Positions 1 to 12,394 of a stretch of DNA of 58,944 bases are shown here, piece after piece. The stretch covers positions 62,001 to 120,944 of the forward strand of contig JABLTG010000039.1 in NCBI GenBank assembly GCA_016618085.1, written 5' to 3'. The stretch comes from Neovahlkampfia damariscottae. Its lineage: Eukaryota. Made by a program: the position numbers and the translations under genes. A model generated the notes under the pieces. It was not told the DNA's origin and made no database searches. It was given only the letters and a program-made list of their open reading frames with translations. Positions within the stretch are counted from its first letter, which is position 1. Every line of letters starts with the position of its first letter.

Positions 1-105
1 CTTTGTCCTCGTCCATCAAAACCAAAAAAACAGTTAAAAAACTGACAAATCAAATTGTCTAAAATAAACCAATTATTTTAATTCCCACCACCAACAGAAA
101 AGTTA

Positions 106-773
106 ATGATTCGTGCACCATTGTCGGATGTTTCAATTGATCAAATAAACCGAGAAAGTGATACCAATAAAAAGAAAGTCCGTTTGGTATCAACTAATGA
201 GCATCAAAAAGAATATATAGTTTCAAAAACAGTCGTTTTCAATGAATCTGAAGATTCCAAAGAATTAAAACGAAAAAGCACCGAAAATAAATTTAAATTG
301 GAAGAACTACTCAAACAAAATAAAATACTTCAAGATAGATGCAACTTTTTAGAAAACGAAAATAAGTTGACGAAAAATGCAAACAAACTTCTTCAACAAA
401 AAGAAGAAAATTTTCAAAAAGAAATTAATGATTTAAAACAACAATTAGATCATATAATAACATTGTACAAAACTTCAAGAGAAGAGAATGAAATCAAACA
501 AGACCACTTGGAAATTCAAATTGATGATTCTATTTCATCTGAATCACCAATAAATCAAATTTTAATTAATAATAAAAATGAAGAAATTAACGCTTTACGT
601 ATGAGTAATGAAATTTTATATCAACAAGTAACTGAATTTTTTTTTTTTTATTTTTTAAAAAGTTGAAAGAAGTCGAAAATACTTTCAAATCTAATGAAGA
701 AGAAGCCTTAGATATGATTTCAGATTTGAAACAAAAACTCAAATTAATGGAAGAAAAAAATAAAAACAATTAA
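106..773 (+). CDS. Coiled-coil protein, uncharacterised (1 short intron near 628-662)
   Basis: 186-aa heptad-rich ORF continues after a gtaact...aaaag intron to TAA at 771-773. Confidence 0.55.
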
Positions 774-879
774 TTTTTTAATGTTCTCCCTGGATTTCAT
801 GGGTTTTTCACCTCAATTCTTAATTGTTCTTGTTTCCTTAAAACGAATATTCGAGATTGAACTATTTCATTGGTTAAGA

Positions 880-1818
880 ATGAAGCACAAGTTCAACTTT
901 TTGTTTTATGGACCTGATTCATGTGGAATTGAAGTAATCTCAGAATATCTCTGTGACCACTATGGTCTTTCATATATTACAAGAAATAATTTAATACAAT
1001 ATGCAATTGAATCTTGGCCAGAAGACAATATAGAAAGGTTTAAAAAAAAAAAAATTAAAACAAAATAGAAAAACATTAATCAGATATTTAAGAAATCAAC
1101 AAGAAGATAAAATAACTGAAAAATTAATGGCTGAAATATTTTCAACTTTTTATCATGACAAACATGAAACCAAAGTTAATGGTTTTATTTTTCACAATTT
1201 TCCAAGTACTTTGGAAGAATGTAAAATGATGGGTAATAAAAAAAAATGTTTATGATTTTTAGAAATGATACTTACTCATTATGATGAAAAATTGACAAAT
1301 GTTTTTTCATTCAACATTTCACAAGAGAATTTAGAGAAAAGAAAAAGTTTCATTTGTTACTCTAAACCTGCACCAAGATTTTATTATATAGGTTATAATG
1401 ACCCAATAACAGGGTTATTTGATGATGTAAAATGTTCATTTTTTTTTCAATTCTTTGGTAGATTACAGGTGAAAGTTTAATTGAAAATAAATCAAGTTTC
1501 ACTGTTGAAGATTTTGAAAAAAAACACGAAGATATTTTAATTAGACATGTAAAGATTTTTATTGAAGTTAATGGGAATTTACCACTTCAACAAGTGTTAG
1601 ATAATGTGGATGATGAAATTGAATTGGCTACAAAACCTACTTTCTACTTGGCTGTTCTTGCAAATCACTTACTTTTAAATGGAATGAGTAGTTTACTCAA
1701 AGAAGCATACAATGTACTCAAAGAAGCTTATCCAAATGGAAAAGTGAAATCTTATTCGTATGTGCTGGATTATTTGGTGTCTGCTGTCATTGTGACAGTA
1801 AAAGAAAGTTTACAATAA
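880..1818 (+). CDS. Adenylate kinase-like protein with degenerate P-loop, multi-exon
   Basis: FLFYGPDSCG..ISEYLCDHYGLSYI, GFIFHNFPST and LID-like YNDP segments across short ORFs split by GT-AG introns. Confidence 0.55.
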
Positions 1819-1825
1819 AAAAAAT

Positions 1826-2207
1826 TTATTGTGAAAGAAAGTTTTGAATTTCTGATGTTTTACTCTCAGAATAATTTGATAAACTTGGTTTATGAATTGT
1901 TGATGATGTTTTTACAGTTCCATTTGGAGTGAAAAGAGCAGTTTTTGTTGCTGGTCTAATTTTATGAGTTTTTAAATATGTTTCCAAATCTTCATTGTAT
2001 TTTTCTTTGTATTCTTTCATTTTCATTGTTTTAATAGTGCTTGGAATTTTTGATAATTGAAGTTGAAGTTTTGTGTCAAGCAAAGAGAGCATAACTTGTT
2101 GTTGTTGTAATAATTGTTGAACTCTTGCGTCAACTAAAAAGTAAAAAAATCTAGAAAGGATTACCTTCGCAGTCAATTTCTAAAAGAACTAAATCCAACG
2201 ACGTCAT
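1826..2207 (-). CDS. Borealin/Nbl1 N-terminal domain-like protein (chromosomal passenger complex)
   Basis: Spliced product MTSLDLVLLEIDCE-VDARVQQL...LQLSKIPSTIKTMKMKEY resembles the Borealin_N helix pattern. Confidence 0.5.
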
Positions 2208-2782
2208 TACAAGTTTAAGCGCGAAATTGATTTGATTTGATTGGACCAATATTTCGGAGTAAATAATTTTCACAATTATAACAATTGTAATACAATTACT
2301 TATTACGTACAAATAAAGGTTGAAGAAAAATTATCCAATGAGCATAAAGATGAATTAGATGGGAAAGACGAAAAACAGAACACATAAAGAGACAAATGTA
2401 ATGAAAGGCCAACATTTTTTCTTGCCAACAAAAACAGTCAACATTATTCCCTTCCAGAAACTTTTTCAATTTTAGGATGTGGGTTGGAGTGTGAAATGAA
2501 TAACACACAAACAAATGAACAAACACAATGTTGTCAACAAACAGGAAGGATATTTGACCAATCACACCACAATTTTTTTTACATTCGTTTGTTTGTTTGT
2601 TCATAAAAGACAGTAAAACCAAAAATTTAACGTTGTAATTTAAACCAATGAAATCGTTTAAATTCGACCAATAAAATATTCGTACTTCAGCGTTAGGTCA
2701 GTCTTATACTTCGTCAATTTTTTACTCAGAAGCGAATTATACAGCCACAACATGTAACCAAATACACCACCAGCTGAAACAA

Positions 2783-2917
2783 TTCATTTTGGAAGCAGCA
2801 AAATACCATATCATTCACTTGAGTATGCATATTCAAGGAATGAAAAATGATAAAGAAGTGGTTTTGGAAGCAGTAAAACAGGATGGTTCTTCACTTCGAT
2901 ATGCATCATCCATTTAA
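2783..2917 (+). pseudogene. DUF4116-repeat relic
   Basis: MKNDKEVVLEAVKQDGSSLRYASSI* at 2840-2917, preceded by a frameshifted repeat (FILEAAKY..SLEYA). Confidence 0.65.
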
Positions 2918-3369
2918 TTTCTTTATCATTTTGTAGTTTGTCATACAAAATGATAAAGAAATTAAATGGATGATTTTGATCTACACTTGCAGTCCATGTT
3001 TCATCCAAGTTATGGTAAAAATATAAATAGCATGTGATTTTTCATCTGAGAATATTTTTTGAGAAATTTCTCTACTGCATCATGGACAATTTCAGTTTTC
3101 TGTTTTTTTGCTTTATGCTCTTCATCATCTTGGTCACTCTCAGATTCTATATATAATGATTCTTCTTCTTCTACTGCTTTAAATTCTTGTGTTGACCATA
3201 AATCTTTTGTTAAATTTGTAAACTATCAATTTTATGTGAAAGTTTTTTTGAACAAGAAATAAATTAAAAAAAAGAAAATTTTTATAAAGAATGTCATTTC
3301 AAAAGCCTACAAATATATAAAAAAAGAAATCTTCTTGATCCATAAATGAACATAAAATTACAACTGATT

Positions 3370-4455
3370 TTATTTTTTATTTTTTTCAATTAATTTTCTA
3401 TCAATAAAAAATTGAATTGTATCTTTGATTGAATCTTCAACACTCATAAATTCAAAATTTAATTCATTCTTAATCTTTGAATTATCAACACAATACTTCA
3501 TACCTAAATTTGTTCTTAAATAAGAGCCCATTCCAACAGGTTGAAAATAAGACAAAACAGTTGTCAAAGTAGTGCCAAAAAATCCAGTGGCATCTGTTGT
3601 CGGAACTTTTGCGGAGTATTCTGGAAAGTGTTTTGAAAGCATCACACATAAGTCCTTCAAGTCAACTGATTCTGAAGCACATATGTATCTTCCATTTGCT
3701 TTTGGATTTTCCATTGCTTGTATATGAGCTTTTGCAACATCTCTCACATCCACACCTGACCAGTTCAAATCAAGAACCATTGGAAATTCACCACTTAAAA
3801 TTTGTTTTAGAACAGCTTGTGATTCAGAAAGTGAGTCTTTGTGACCAGGTCCAAAAACAAATCTATTCAAAAAATGTTAATTTTTTTCTTCTAACGTTGG
3901 ATTGATGACTACAAGGTCAAAATTCGGTTTTTTTTCTTCCATGAATTTCCAAGCTGCTTCTTCAGCAAGTTTTTTACTATAGTAATATGGATTTCTTGTT
4001 AAACTTGAATCATTATTCCAGTCTTTTTCTGTGTAAGTTATTTTTGGGTTTGGTGAGTCTGTTATAGCAGCAACTGAAGATGTCAAGACAACTCTTTTGA
4101 CAGTTTCTGATTTCGAACAAGCTTCAAGCATTGAAAGAGTTCCTTTTAAAGCTGGATCAACCAAATCTTTTTGAGCATCTTTAATGTCCATCACAAAAGG
4201 AGAAGCAACATGTAAAACATATTCACAACCCTTTACAATATCATCAAAGGCACCTTCATCAAGTAAATTAGCTTTGAATAATTCTAATTTGTCTCCATCT
4301 GAGTCCAATTTCTTGATGACGTCATTAGATTTAGATTCAACATTTCTAACAGTTCCTTTGACTTTGTACCCTGATTTTAAGAGATTTTCAATGATATGAA
4401 GTGCAATAAATCCACTTGCTCCTGAAACAACAACAGGTTGTTCTGTCACTCCCAT
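3370..4455 (-). CDS. NAD(P)-dependent epimerase/dihydroflavonol reductase-like aldehyde reductase (1 intron)
   Basis: VVSGASGFIA Rossmann motif, HVASP, TSS, YYYSKKLAE (YxxxK), VDVRDVA. Confidence 0.9.
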
Positions 4456-4614
4456 GTTTTTCTGATGTGATTCTGATTGGAAAACAATTTCCGGACCAAT
4501 GACATTAAACTTATACAGAATTTTCTTTTTTCTTCCAAAAAACTGGTCAAATTTGATAGAATCTCCATTTTTATTTAACATCACAATTCTTGTCAGACAT
4601 GAAACAAAAAAGAA

Positions 4615-4687
4615 CTCCTCCACTTGGGTTCGAACCAAGGACCTGTAGGTTAACAGCCTAACGCGCTACCGACTGCGCCATGGAGGA
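4615..4687 (-). tRNA. tRNA-Asn(GTT), copy 1
   Basis: 73-nt cloverleaf TCCTCCA...TGGAGGAG, anticodon loop CTGTTAA, T-loop TTCGAAC, T-run downstream. Confidence 0.97.
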
Positions 4688-4780
4688 TTTGTTAATTAAA
4701 ATAGAAAATAAAAAAATCAAATAACAGGGAACACTAGGATGAATACAAACCAAAAGAAATCAACCAACTTCCATTGGTCA

Positions 4781-6094
4781 ATGTTTTTCCGTTTTTTCTG
4801 CGGCTTAGTTTTGCTCAACAGTTTTTTCTTTTTGGTTTTTAGTCAGACAGAGTATCCAAAAGAATATCACCACATACTTTCTGCAGCAGTCGCACAAAAT
4901 TTATGTTCTTCAATTTTTATCAGCAAAAGAGAATTTTCAACAACACCACCTTTCATAGAGGATTTATCAGATGGTCCAGGATATTACTCAACAATTAAAG
5001 TAGATAAGAAACAACAATTTGTTATCGCAACATCCATCAAATATCCAGAAATTCAAAAAACATCAAAATACATCGATAACTATCGTGGATGCACAATTAT
5101 CAGAGAAGATTTGTCCACCTTTAAAAAACGAGTGTTTCCACTAAAAAGAAATAAAAAAAATAAAAAAACAATGAACATTCAAATTGAAAAAAATTCAGAA
5201 ATTGAGAAAATAATCAATGAAGAATTCCAAAATGAAAAAATCAAAACAAGATCAATTATTGTTTATCATAAGAAAAAAATTATTGGTGAGAGATATACAA
5301 ATGAATTTACAAAAAATACTCGTCAATTCGTTTGGTCAATTACAAAATCAATCACAAATTTGTTATTTGGTGTTGCAATTCATCAAAAAAAATTGAAACT
5401 TGAAGACAAAATATCCGCACCTGAATGGTCACCAAATGATGAAAGAAATCAAATGACAGTATTAGATGTTTTGAAAATGGCTTCTTCATTGAATTTTACA
5501 GAAAAATATGGATATAAATCAGATCCAGCAAAATTGGTTTATAATTCAACTTCAATGGCAAGTTTTGCATCCAAAAAGAATTTGAAAAATAAACCAGGAA
5601 CTTTATGGAATTATAGTACTGGTGATTCAAGTATTTTATCAAGAAAATTGAGAAGTTGTTTCAAATCTGATGAAGAATATTGGAGATTTCCACGCGAACA
5701 GTTATTTGATAAAATTGGAATTACTGAAGGTTCATTGATCAATGTTGATTCAAGTTTGACTTTTGCTGGAGGTGTATTTGGTTATTTTACACCACGAGAT
5801 TTGTTAAAAATTGGTATATTCTTGTTGAATGATGGAATAGTTGAAGAAGAAAGAATTTTACCTGATTATTGGATAAAATTGACATCAACACCGACTGAAG
5901 TCTCTAGAGGATTCTATGGATTACATTTTTGGGTCAGAAGAGAACTTCCAAAAAACTGTTTTGTTGCAGTTGGCTGGAGAAAACAATTGATTTTGATTTG
6001 TCCAAATTTAGATTTGATTGTGATTCGTCAAGGACTCACAGATATATTTTGGAATGAAATAACATTCTTTAGAAAGATTTTAAACGCAATTTAA
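4781..6094 (+). CDS. Secreted serine hydrolase, beta-lactamase class C/PBP-like family, intronless
   Basis: Hydrophobic N-terminus MFFRFFCGLVLLNSFFFLVFS, SxxK motif (WSITKS), PGTLWNYS, YGLHFW, GWRKQ. Confidence 0.85.
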   Translation: MFFRFFCGLVLLNSFFFLVFSQTEYPKEYHHILSAAVAQNLCSSIFISKREFSTTPPFIEDLSDGPGYYSTIKVDKKQQFVIATSIKYPEIQKTSKYIDNYRGCTIIREDLSTFKKRVFPLKRNKKNKKTMNIQIEKNSEIEKIINEEFQNEKIKTRSIIVYHKKKIIGERYTNEFTKNTRQFVWSITKSITNLLFGVAIHQKKLKLEDKISAPEWSPNDERNQMTVLDVLKMASSLNFTEKYGYKSDPAKLVYNSTSMASFASKKNLKNKPGTLWNYSTGDSSILSRKLRSCFKSDEEYWRFPREQLFDKIGITEGSLINVDSSLTFAGGVFGYFTPRDLLKIGIFLLNDGIVEEERILPDYWIKLTSTPTEVSRGFYGLHFWVRRELPKNCFVAVGWRKQLILICPNLDLIVIRQGLTDIFWNEITFFRKILNAI

Positions 6095-6108
6095 TAAATT
6101 TTATTTTT

Positions 6109-6653
6109 TCATCCCCAAACACAATTCGATGGTATTGGATAAGATTTAGAAGCTATTAGAATAAAATCAATGAAAGGCCAAATAAAAAAACAACCAAAAT
6201 AACAAAAAGTACAACATAACTCAAAAACCATATTTCCAATTGCAAGTAAATAAACTCCGAAATATAAAAAATCATCATCATCATAATATTCATTTCTTTC
6301 AATGGCCATTTTTTTGATATCAAAACAAGCAGCTGATAATCCAATAGTCATTGATATAGAATAAAGTGAACAGATAATTAAACTTACAAAAATTATACAT
6401 TTTGCTAATCCACCAACAATATCACCTCTTGAGGAAATTAAATTATTTTTTTGTTTTACAAATAAAAACGGTCAAATCCAAGTGATCCTAAAAACAGTGA
6501 AAACATAGTGGCTGTTGTATGATCAAAAACACAAGTTGAATTTTGTGATAAACTATCAAACTGTATTGTTGTATATTCTGGAAGTTTAATACTCTCGGAA
6601 AAAGTTCTCATGAAACATAAAAAAAATAAAAAGAGAATCAACTTCTGGTGCAT
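6109..6653 (-). CDS. TM2-domain membrane protein (1 intron)
   Basis: Signal peptide, SLFLGSLGFDRFYL TM2 motif, C-terminal WPFIDFILI. Confidence 0.8.
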
Positions 6654-6718
6654 GAGATACCTGATGTTTGAGGGTGTCAGATGATTGGTTAAAAAATAAT
6701 TAGAAATATGAACAAGAA

Positions 6719-8393
6719 TTAAAAAGGGAATTTCATTTCAGTAGCGTTTTTTTGAATTCTATGAGATGCATTTAAAACTAAATCATCATCAAATAAACGA
6801 CCAACAACTTGTAATCCAATAGGTAAATTATCTTTGGTAAAGCCAATTGGAACTGAAGATGCAGGTTGTCTTGTCAAATTAAAGAAATAAGTGAAAGGTG
6901 TCCAATGTTGCCATGTTTTTGGATCACCTTCTTTCAGTCCATAAATATTATCATCTGGATAATCCATACCAGCATCAAAAGCAGGTAAAGGTAACTTGAA
7001 AAAGAAGATCAATTAAAATTTAAATTACGGTTGGAGTTAATAATAAATCATATTTTTCATGAAATTTGTTCATAATTACACCTAATTCATATCTTGAATT
7101 TTCTGCTTTGATATAATCAATTGAAGTATATTCAAATCCTTTTCTAACAAAATTTTGAAGTCCTTCATCAATATCATCATTTGTAAGTTGATTAAGTTCA
7201 TATGTTCTTGCGCATCCAGACATCCAAATTGTATTGAAAATTTCTTCAATTTTGAAATTTGAAATATCAGGGAATGCTTCTGTCATTGTGATTCCTTCAA
7301 CTTTTTGTATTTTTTGAATTGTTGATTTGAATGATTCAAGGATTTCAGGATGAACATTTACCCTAATATTTCATTAAAATATAGATTTTTCTTACATTCC
7401 ATTGAAATCAAATGAATAAGCAATTTTCAAATTTTTCAAAGGTTTGTTGAGATTTGTCAAGTAATTAATATCAATTTTATGTCTAACTGAATGCCAGTCA
7501 TTATTATCTTGTTTTCCAATGATATTTAAAGCCAATGCACAATCTTCAATTGTTCTAGCCATAGGACCACTTTCAAAATTTTATGTTAAAATGAATTATT
7601 CCTTTACGTGGTTGCAAGAGTACCAAATCTTGAAATACAATGACCAACTAAAGAATGAGTTGGTTTTATTGTTGAAATTCCAGAGAAACCTGCTGGAATT
7701 CTTACAGAACCACCTTTAAAAAATAACAGTTAAAAATTTGAAAGTTTGTTTACCACCATCAGTTCCCATTGAAAGTGAACCCATTCCTAAACCTACAGCT
7801 GCACTACAACCTCCTGATGATCCACCTGATGTTTTAGTGAAATTAAATGGATTTGTTGTGTTTCCAGAAACAGGTGAATCTGTGACACCTTTCCAACCAA
7901 ACATTGGTGAAGTTGTTTTACCAAAAATAATTGCACCACTTTCTCTTAATCTTTTAACACCTTTTGAAAGTTAAAAAAGATAATGATTAATACATGGATG
8001 ATCGATTTCAGATGGTTTTGTTCCTAAAAACTTTTTGTTTCCATAAAATATTTGAAATCCTGTTGTTTTTGTTTAGATTTTGTTTTTTTTTACCTTTGAC
8101 TGTTAACAAATCTTTGATTGAGACTAGAAGTCCGTCTAATTCGCCAACTGGTTTTCCTTGGGACCATCTTTCTTCTGATTCTTTTGCTTGTTGTAAAATA
8201 ATTTTTTCTTCATCCACAAACGTAAACGCGTTTACCTTTTTGTCCATTTCTTTGATTCTGAAGAATTAATCACTTGACGTTTTTACCTTGAAAGTACAGA
8301 CATAGCCACATCAACAGGAGACAATTCCTTTGATTTGAATAATTTAAGACATTCGACACTAGTTAATCTCCAGAGGTTTTGTTGTTCAGACAT
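6719..8393 (-). CDS. Amidase signature family enzyme, multi-exon
   Basis: LSPVDV, LDGLLVSIKDL, GKTTSPMFG, GGSSGG..A...GTDGG, GSVRIPAG, FNLTRQPASSVP. Confidence 0.9.
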
Positions 8394-8490
8394 AATGATT
8401 GGATGAGAAAATTCGGTTGAATTGATAAAATCTACTGAAAACAGTAACCTTTCTTGTGATATCGAAATAATTTCGCAGTTTGTCAACAAA

Positions 8491-8563
8491 TCCTCCATGG
8501 CGCAGTCGGTAGCGCGTTAGGCTGTTAACCTACAGGTCCTTGGTTCGAACCCAAGTGGAGGAG
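8491..8563 (+). tRNA. tRNA-Asn(GTT), copy 2
   Basis: Identical 73-nt cloverleaf followed by TTCTTTTTT. Confidence 0.97.
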
Positions 8564-8880
8564 TTCTTTTTTGTTAGGCAGAAGATGGAAACAATAATTG
8601 AACGATTATTTAATGAAGTTAAAACAACTATAAAATCAAATGCAAAGGGATATCAAAAAATACATGAAACATCAATTAAAGTGTAAAATTCTATTCTTGA
8701 AGAAGTTAAAACTAGATTCTCTACTGATAAAACTATTCGTACTAATAAATTGATTATTTTAACTGAAAATTTACAGAAAGATCGTGAAGTATTGAAGGAA
8801 AGTAACTTGACTTCATCATAAGTCATAACAAAAAAGGTTAGATCATTGAATATATCCAAACATAATCCAACCAAAAAGAT

Positions 8881-8953
8881 CTCCTCCACTTGGGTTCGAA
8901 CCAAGGACCTGTAGGTTAACAGCCTAACGCGCTACCGACTGCGCCATGGAGGA
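8881..8953 (-). tRNA. tRNA-Asn(GTT), copy 3
   Basis: Identical 73-nt cloverleaf, convergent with copy 2. Confidence 0.97.
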
Positions 8954-9067
8954 TTTGGATATCCAATAATAACTCTAACTTGTAGAGGAATATGGCAAAA
9001 TGATGGAGGATAATTATTTCTTTCCACGACATCAGAGACAGTTTGTTGAGATAACTAAAATAATTTA

Positions 9068-10835
9068 TTACCATCTCCATGAACGACGTTTTCTAGTTTG
9101 ACAATATGTACCAGAATAAAAGAATGAACAACGACATTTTCCACGACTGATATATCCTCTTCCATTGCAAGCCCGTTGTCTAAAATCAATCACATCATTT
9201 CTTGGAGCACCAGAATATTTTGCAACACCAATATATCTTGGCGTGAATTGAGTGGTCGGTCTATGATTAAGAAATTGCCCAGATCCATAAGAAGTACCAT
9301 ATCCAGCTTTGATATAACCACCTTGGAATGTTACCCAAACTTGAGTTGGTCCTGTTCTTGTTCCAGTAGAAACAAATGCGATTTGTTTTAAGCCAGTTAT
9401 TTTTCCATTATACCATTTTCCATATCCAAGATAGGATTTTTTATTTCCCCAGCCATTAAAAACCAAAAAGTAAACAGAAGCACCGTTTGATCTGGATGAA
9501 CTTAACATAACATATGTATCATATGAACCCATTTCAAATTGCATCATATAATTTGCTTTGTATTCAATAGGAAATTTTTGTTGATTAATTGGACCTACGT
9601 TATAAAAGTTGTATCGACAGCTTCCATCTTTTTGACAGATGCCACCATTTGGACATCTACATGGGCAGTTATTTTTACATTTGTTTTCTAATGCTTCCAT
9701 ATAACGATATTTGAAACCAATATTTGATATGCCAAATGTTGATTTTACAGTTGATGCTGATTGTGATTTCATAATTTGGAAGAATCTTTGGTAATCCGAG
9801 CATAAACAAAAATCTTTTTGTGTTGACATTCCTGAAATGAGACGAAGGAATTTTTCTTTGAATAATTTCTTTGCTTTTTTCATTAAATCTTTTCTTTGTA
9901 CTTTATCATCTTTACTGAGTTCAGTTGAGGTTTCCCAGTTGTCTTCTTCATGTGCAGCATAAGCAGCTGAATCAGCTCTGATTGATGAAGAACTTCCACT
10001 TTTAGCTTTTGCTTCAGCATCTCTTTCAAATTTCTCTAAACGATATTGAAGGTGTTTAAAATAATAAGTATTAGATCTACATACATTAACAAATCCTTTA
10101 AGTCCGTCTGAAACAAAAATTTAAGTAAGAAAAAAAGTTAACCTTTGAATTTGTTCAAAACTCTGATGACAGCAATTTTGTTGATTTCTTTTGGAACTTT
10201 TGCTGCTACCCATTTTACATATTCATCATCATATTTTGTGTGAGATGTGTTTGGTTTTTCTTTTTCAAATTTTGACATTGATTGATGCGTCAAAGATTGA
10301 ACAACAACTCTGAACATGATTGAAGCATAACTCATTTTTTGATCTAATCCAGAAAATATATTGTTTTTGCAAACCCTAAGAAAATAAGTTTTTTTTTTGA
10401 CAATTACCAGTTGTAAGCTGTTTTTTGATCAGAATCCATTTTGACAGCATCTGTGAGATCAAAGAAACCACTAGCTTTAGAAGTACAAGTTGGCATAACA
10501 TCTGAGCATTTGTATTCACAAACATATTTATCCGAACATTTTGAGTTGTTTAATGCTCTTTTTTTCTCCAAATCTGCTTTCATTTTGGCAACAAGTTTTT
10601 TAATCTTTTCCATGATGCTTTTTATTATTGAAGAAAATCCTTCAGTTTCTACTTCTTCAGTTTCTGCTAAAGAGTTAATGTAGGTTTCAACTGTGTCTTC
10701 TTGAGGTTGAACTGCTTCAATGTCTTCCACATCTTCTGATAGAACATTTGCTGTTTGCACACAGTCAACTGTCATAGCGTTTGTATAATAAATTATTCCT
10801 AAGAGGAAAACAACAAAAAAGAGTTTGAGCTTCAT
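9068..10835 (-). CDS. Secreted Cys-rich protein with EGF-like motifs and a farnesoic-acid-O-methyltransferase-like (Methyltransf_FA) beta domain, multi-exon
   Basis: Signal peptide, CPNGGICQKDGSC and CNGRG..CRC...YSGTYC EGF patterns, YFLVFNGWGNKKS and QVWVTFQGGYIKAG. Confidence 0.65.
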
Positions 10836-11022
10836 TAGAAAATTTTTTTAGCCAATCAAAGCGGCTGACTGACGTTTTATCCAATCATTGAAGGAGGAAA
10901 GAAAATTTTTATTTTTTTGAGCAAGGAAATGCACCTTCTGATCACTCTCACACCCAAATTTTTACCTCTTTCCCTAACACTTTTTATGAAAAAATATTCA
11001 TAAATGAAACAAAAAAAAAGAA

Positions 11023-11095
11023 CTCCTCCACTTGGGTTCGAACCAAGGACCTGTAGGTTAACAGCCTAACGCGCTACCGACTGCGCCATGGAGGA
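11023..11095 (-). tRNA. tRNA-Asn(GTT), copy 4
   Basis: Identical 73-nt cloverleaf followed by a T-run. Confidence 0.97.
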
Positions 11096-11218
11096 TTTGT
11101 TGCGATTTTAAGAAACAAAATCCAATCAGTAGATAACAATTCTGTTAATTTTTTTTAATCTTGCAATTTTTTGTTTCGAATTGAGTTGAAATGTTGGAAT
11201 TGCTGATACAAAATTTAT

Positions 11219-12346
11219 TCAAAAATCTTCAAACAATGTAGAATCGAGTTCATAAGCTTTTCCATAACATTCTTGAGCGTCCTTTTGACACCCAAAATCA
11301 TCAAAACATTTCCCTAAATTATAGTGATATGTTGCATTTGTTGAATCAATCTCAATTGCTTTTTGAAAACTTTCAATTCCATTTTCATATTCTTTCATCA
11401 AATCTAAAAAAATTTAATTCGCAAAAAACTTACAATAAACATTTGCAATGTTAAAATGATAAATTGAGTTCAATGGATTCATTTTAATTGATTTCAGATG
11501 AAATTGAATCGAAGATTTGAACTCTTCCAAAAAACAGAGTGCATCAGCTTTCTTTGAATAGTATTCAGCATCATTAGAGTTTAATTCAATTGCAGTTTCA
11601 AAATCTCTCAAAGCTTCTTCATAGTTCTCCAATTCAATATTCAAATTTCCACGATTAAAATAATAAAATGAATCATTTGGATTTAATTCAATTGCCAAAT
11701 TCATTTCATTTTCAGCTTCTTTAATTTTACCCAATTTCATTAAACAATGACTTTTGTTTGAACAAATTCTTGAATCTAGAGGATTATATTTTGAAGCAGA
11801 ATCAAATTCTTCAATTGCTTCTTTAAATTTTCCAAGTTCTAATAAAATGTTTCCTTTTAAAAAATAATACTCAAAATTTTCAAAATCTAAATTTATGGCT
11901 TCTTGAATTGGTTCCAAAGCTTCTTCAAATTTTCCAATTTCATAAAAGTTCAAACCTAGTCTGTAAAAAAACTCCGGTTGATTTTTTTCATTTTCTATTG
12001 CTTTTTTATAATGATGTATAGATTCTATTTTCCTATTCAAGCTCATTAAAATTTTTGCTTTGTTGAAGTGAAAAGATGCATTATTTTGGTTGATAGAAAT
12101 AGCTTTGTTTATCTCTTCAAGAGCACTTTCATGGTCTTCAAGATTTATAAATGCAAATGCTTTTGCTGAAAATATTTCTGGATTTTGGTTTATCTTTAAA
12201 GCCTTGTCCAAGTTTTTAATTGCTTCTTGGAAATTTTTTGCATCAAAATTAGACTTAACATCACGAATATATTTCATGTATGTATCATCTTGGTACAATC
12301 TTTTTTGTTTAAAAATTTTATCTGCTGACAAAATGAATCTCTTCAT
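11219..12346 (-). CDS. TPR-repeat protein (1 intron)
   Basis: Tandem 34-aa TPR units (A..NPND...YFNRG.L...L..YEEA). Confidence 0.9.
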
Positions 12347-12394
12347 TCAAAAATAAAAACAGAACAATCTGATTGGACAAATTCACAAAGCAAC
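12347..12394. promoter_or_regulatory. 48-bp bidirectional promoter with a single CCAAT box (example of a window-wide motif)
   Basis: ATTGG at 12372-12376 between divergent ATGs at 12346 and 12395. Confidence 0.55.

Noticed and set aside
4456..4638. ORF starts MVRTQVEE (also 8653-8904)
   Set aside because: Translation through the tRNA sequence; the reductase starts at ATG 4455
4615..11095. 73-bp repeats as a CRISPR array or transposon terminal repeats
   Set aside because: They are complete tRNA-Asn cloverleaves, irregularly spaced and in both orientations
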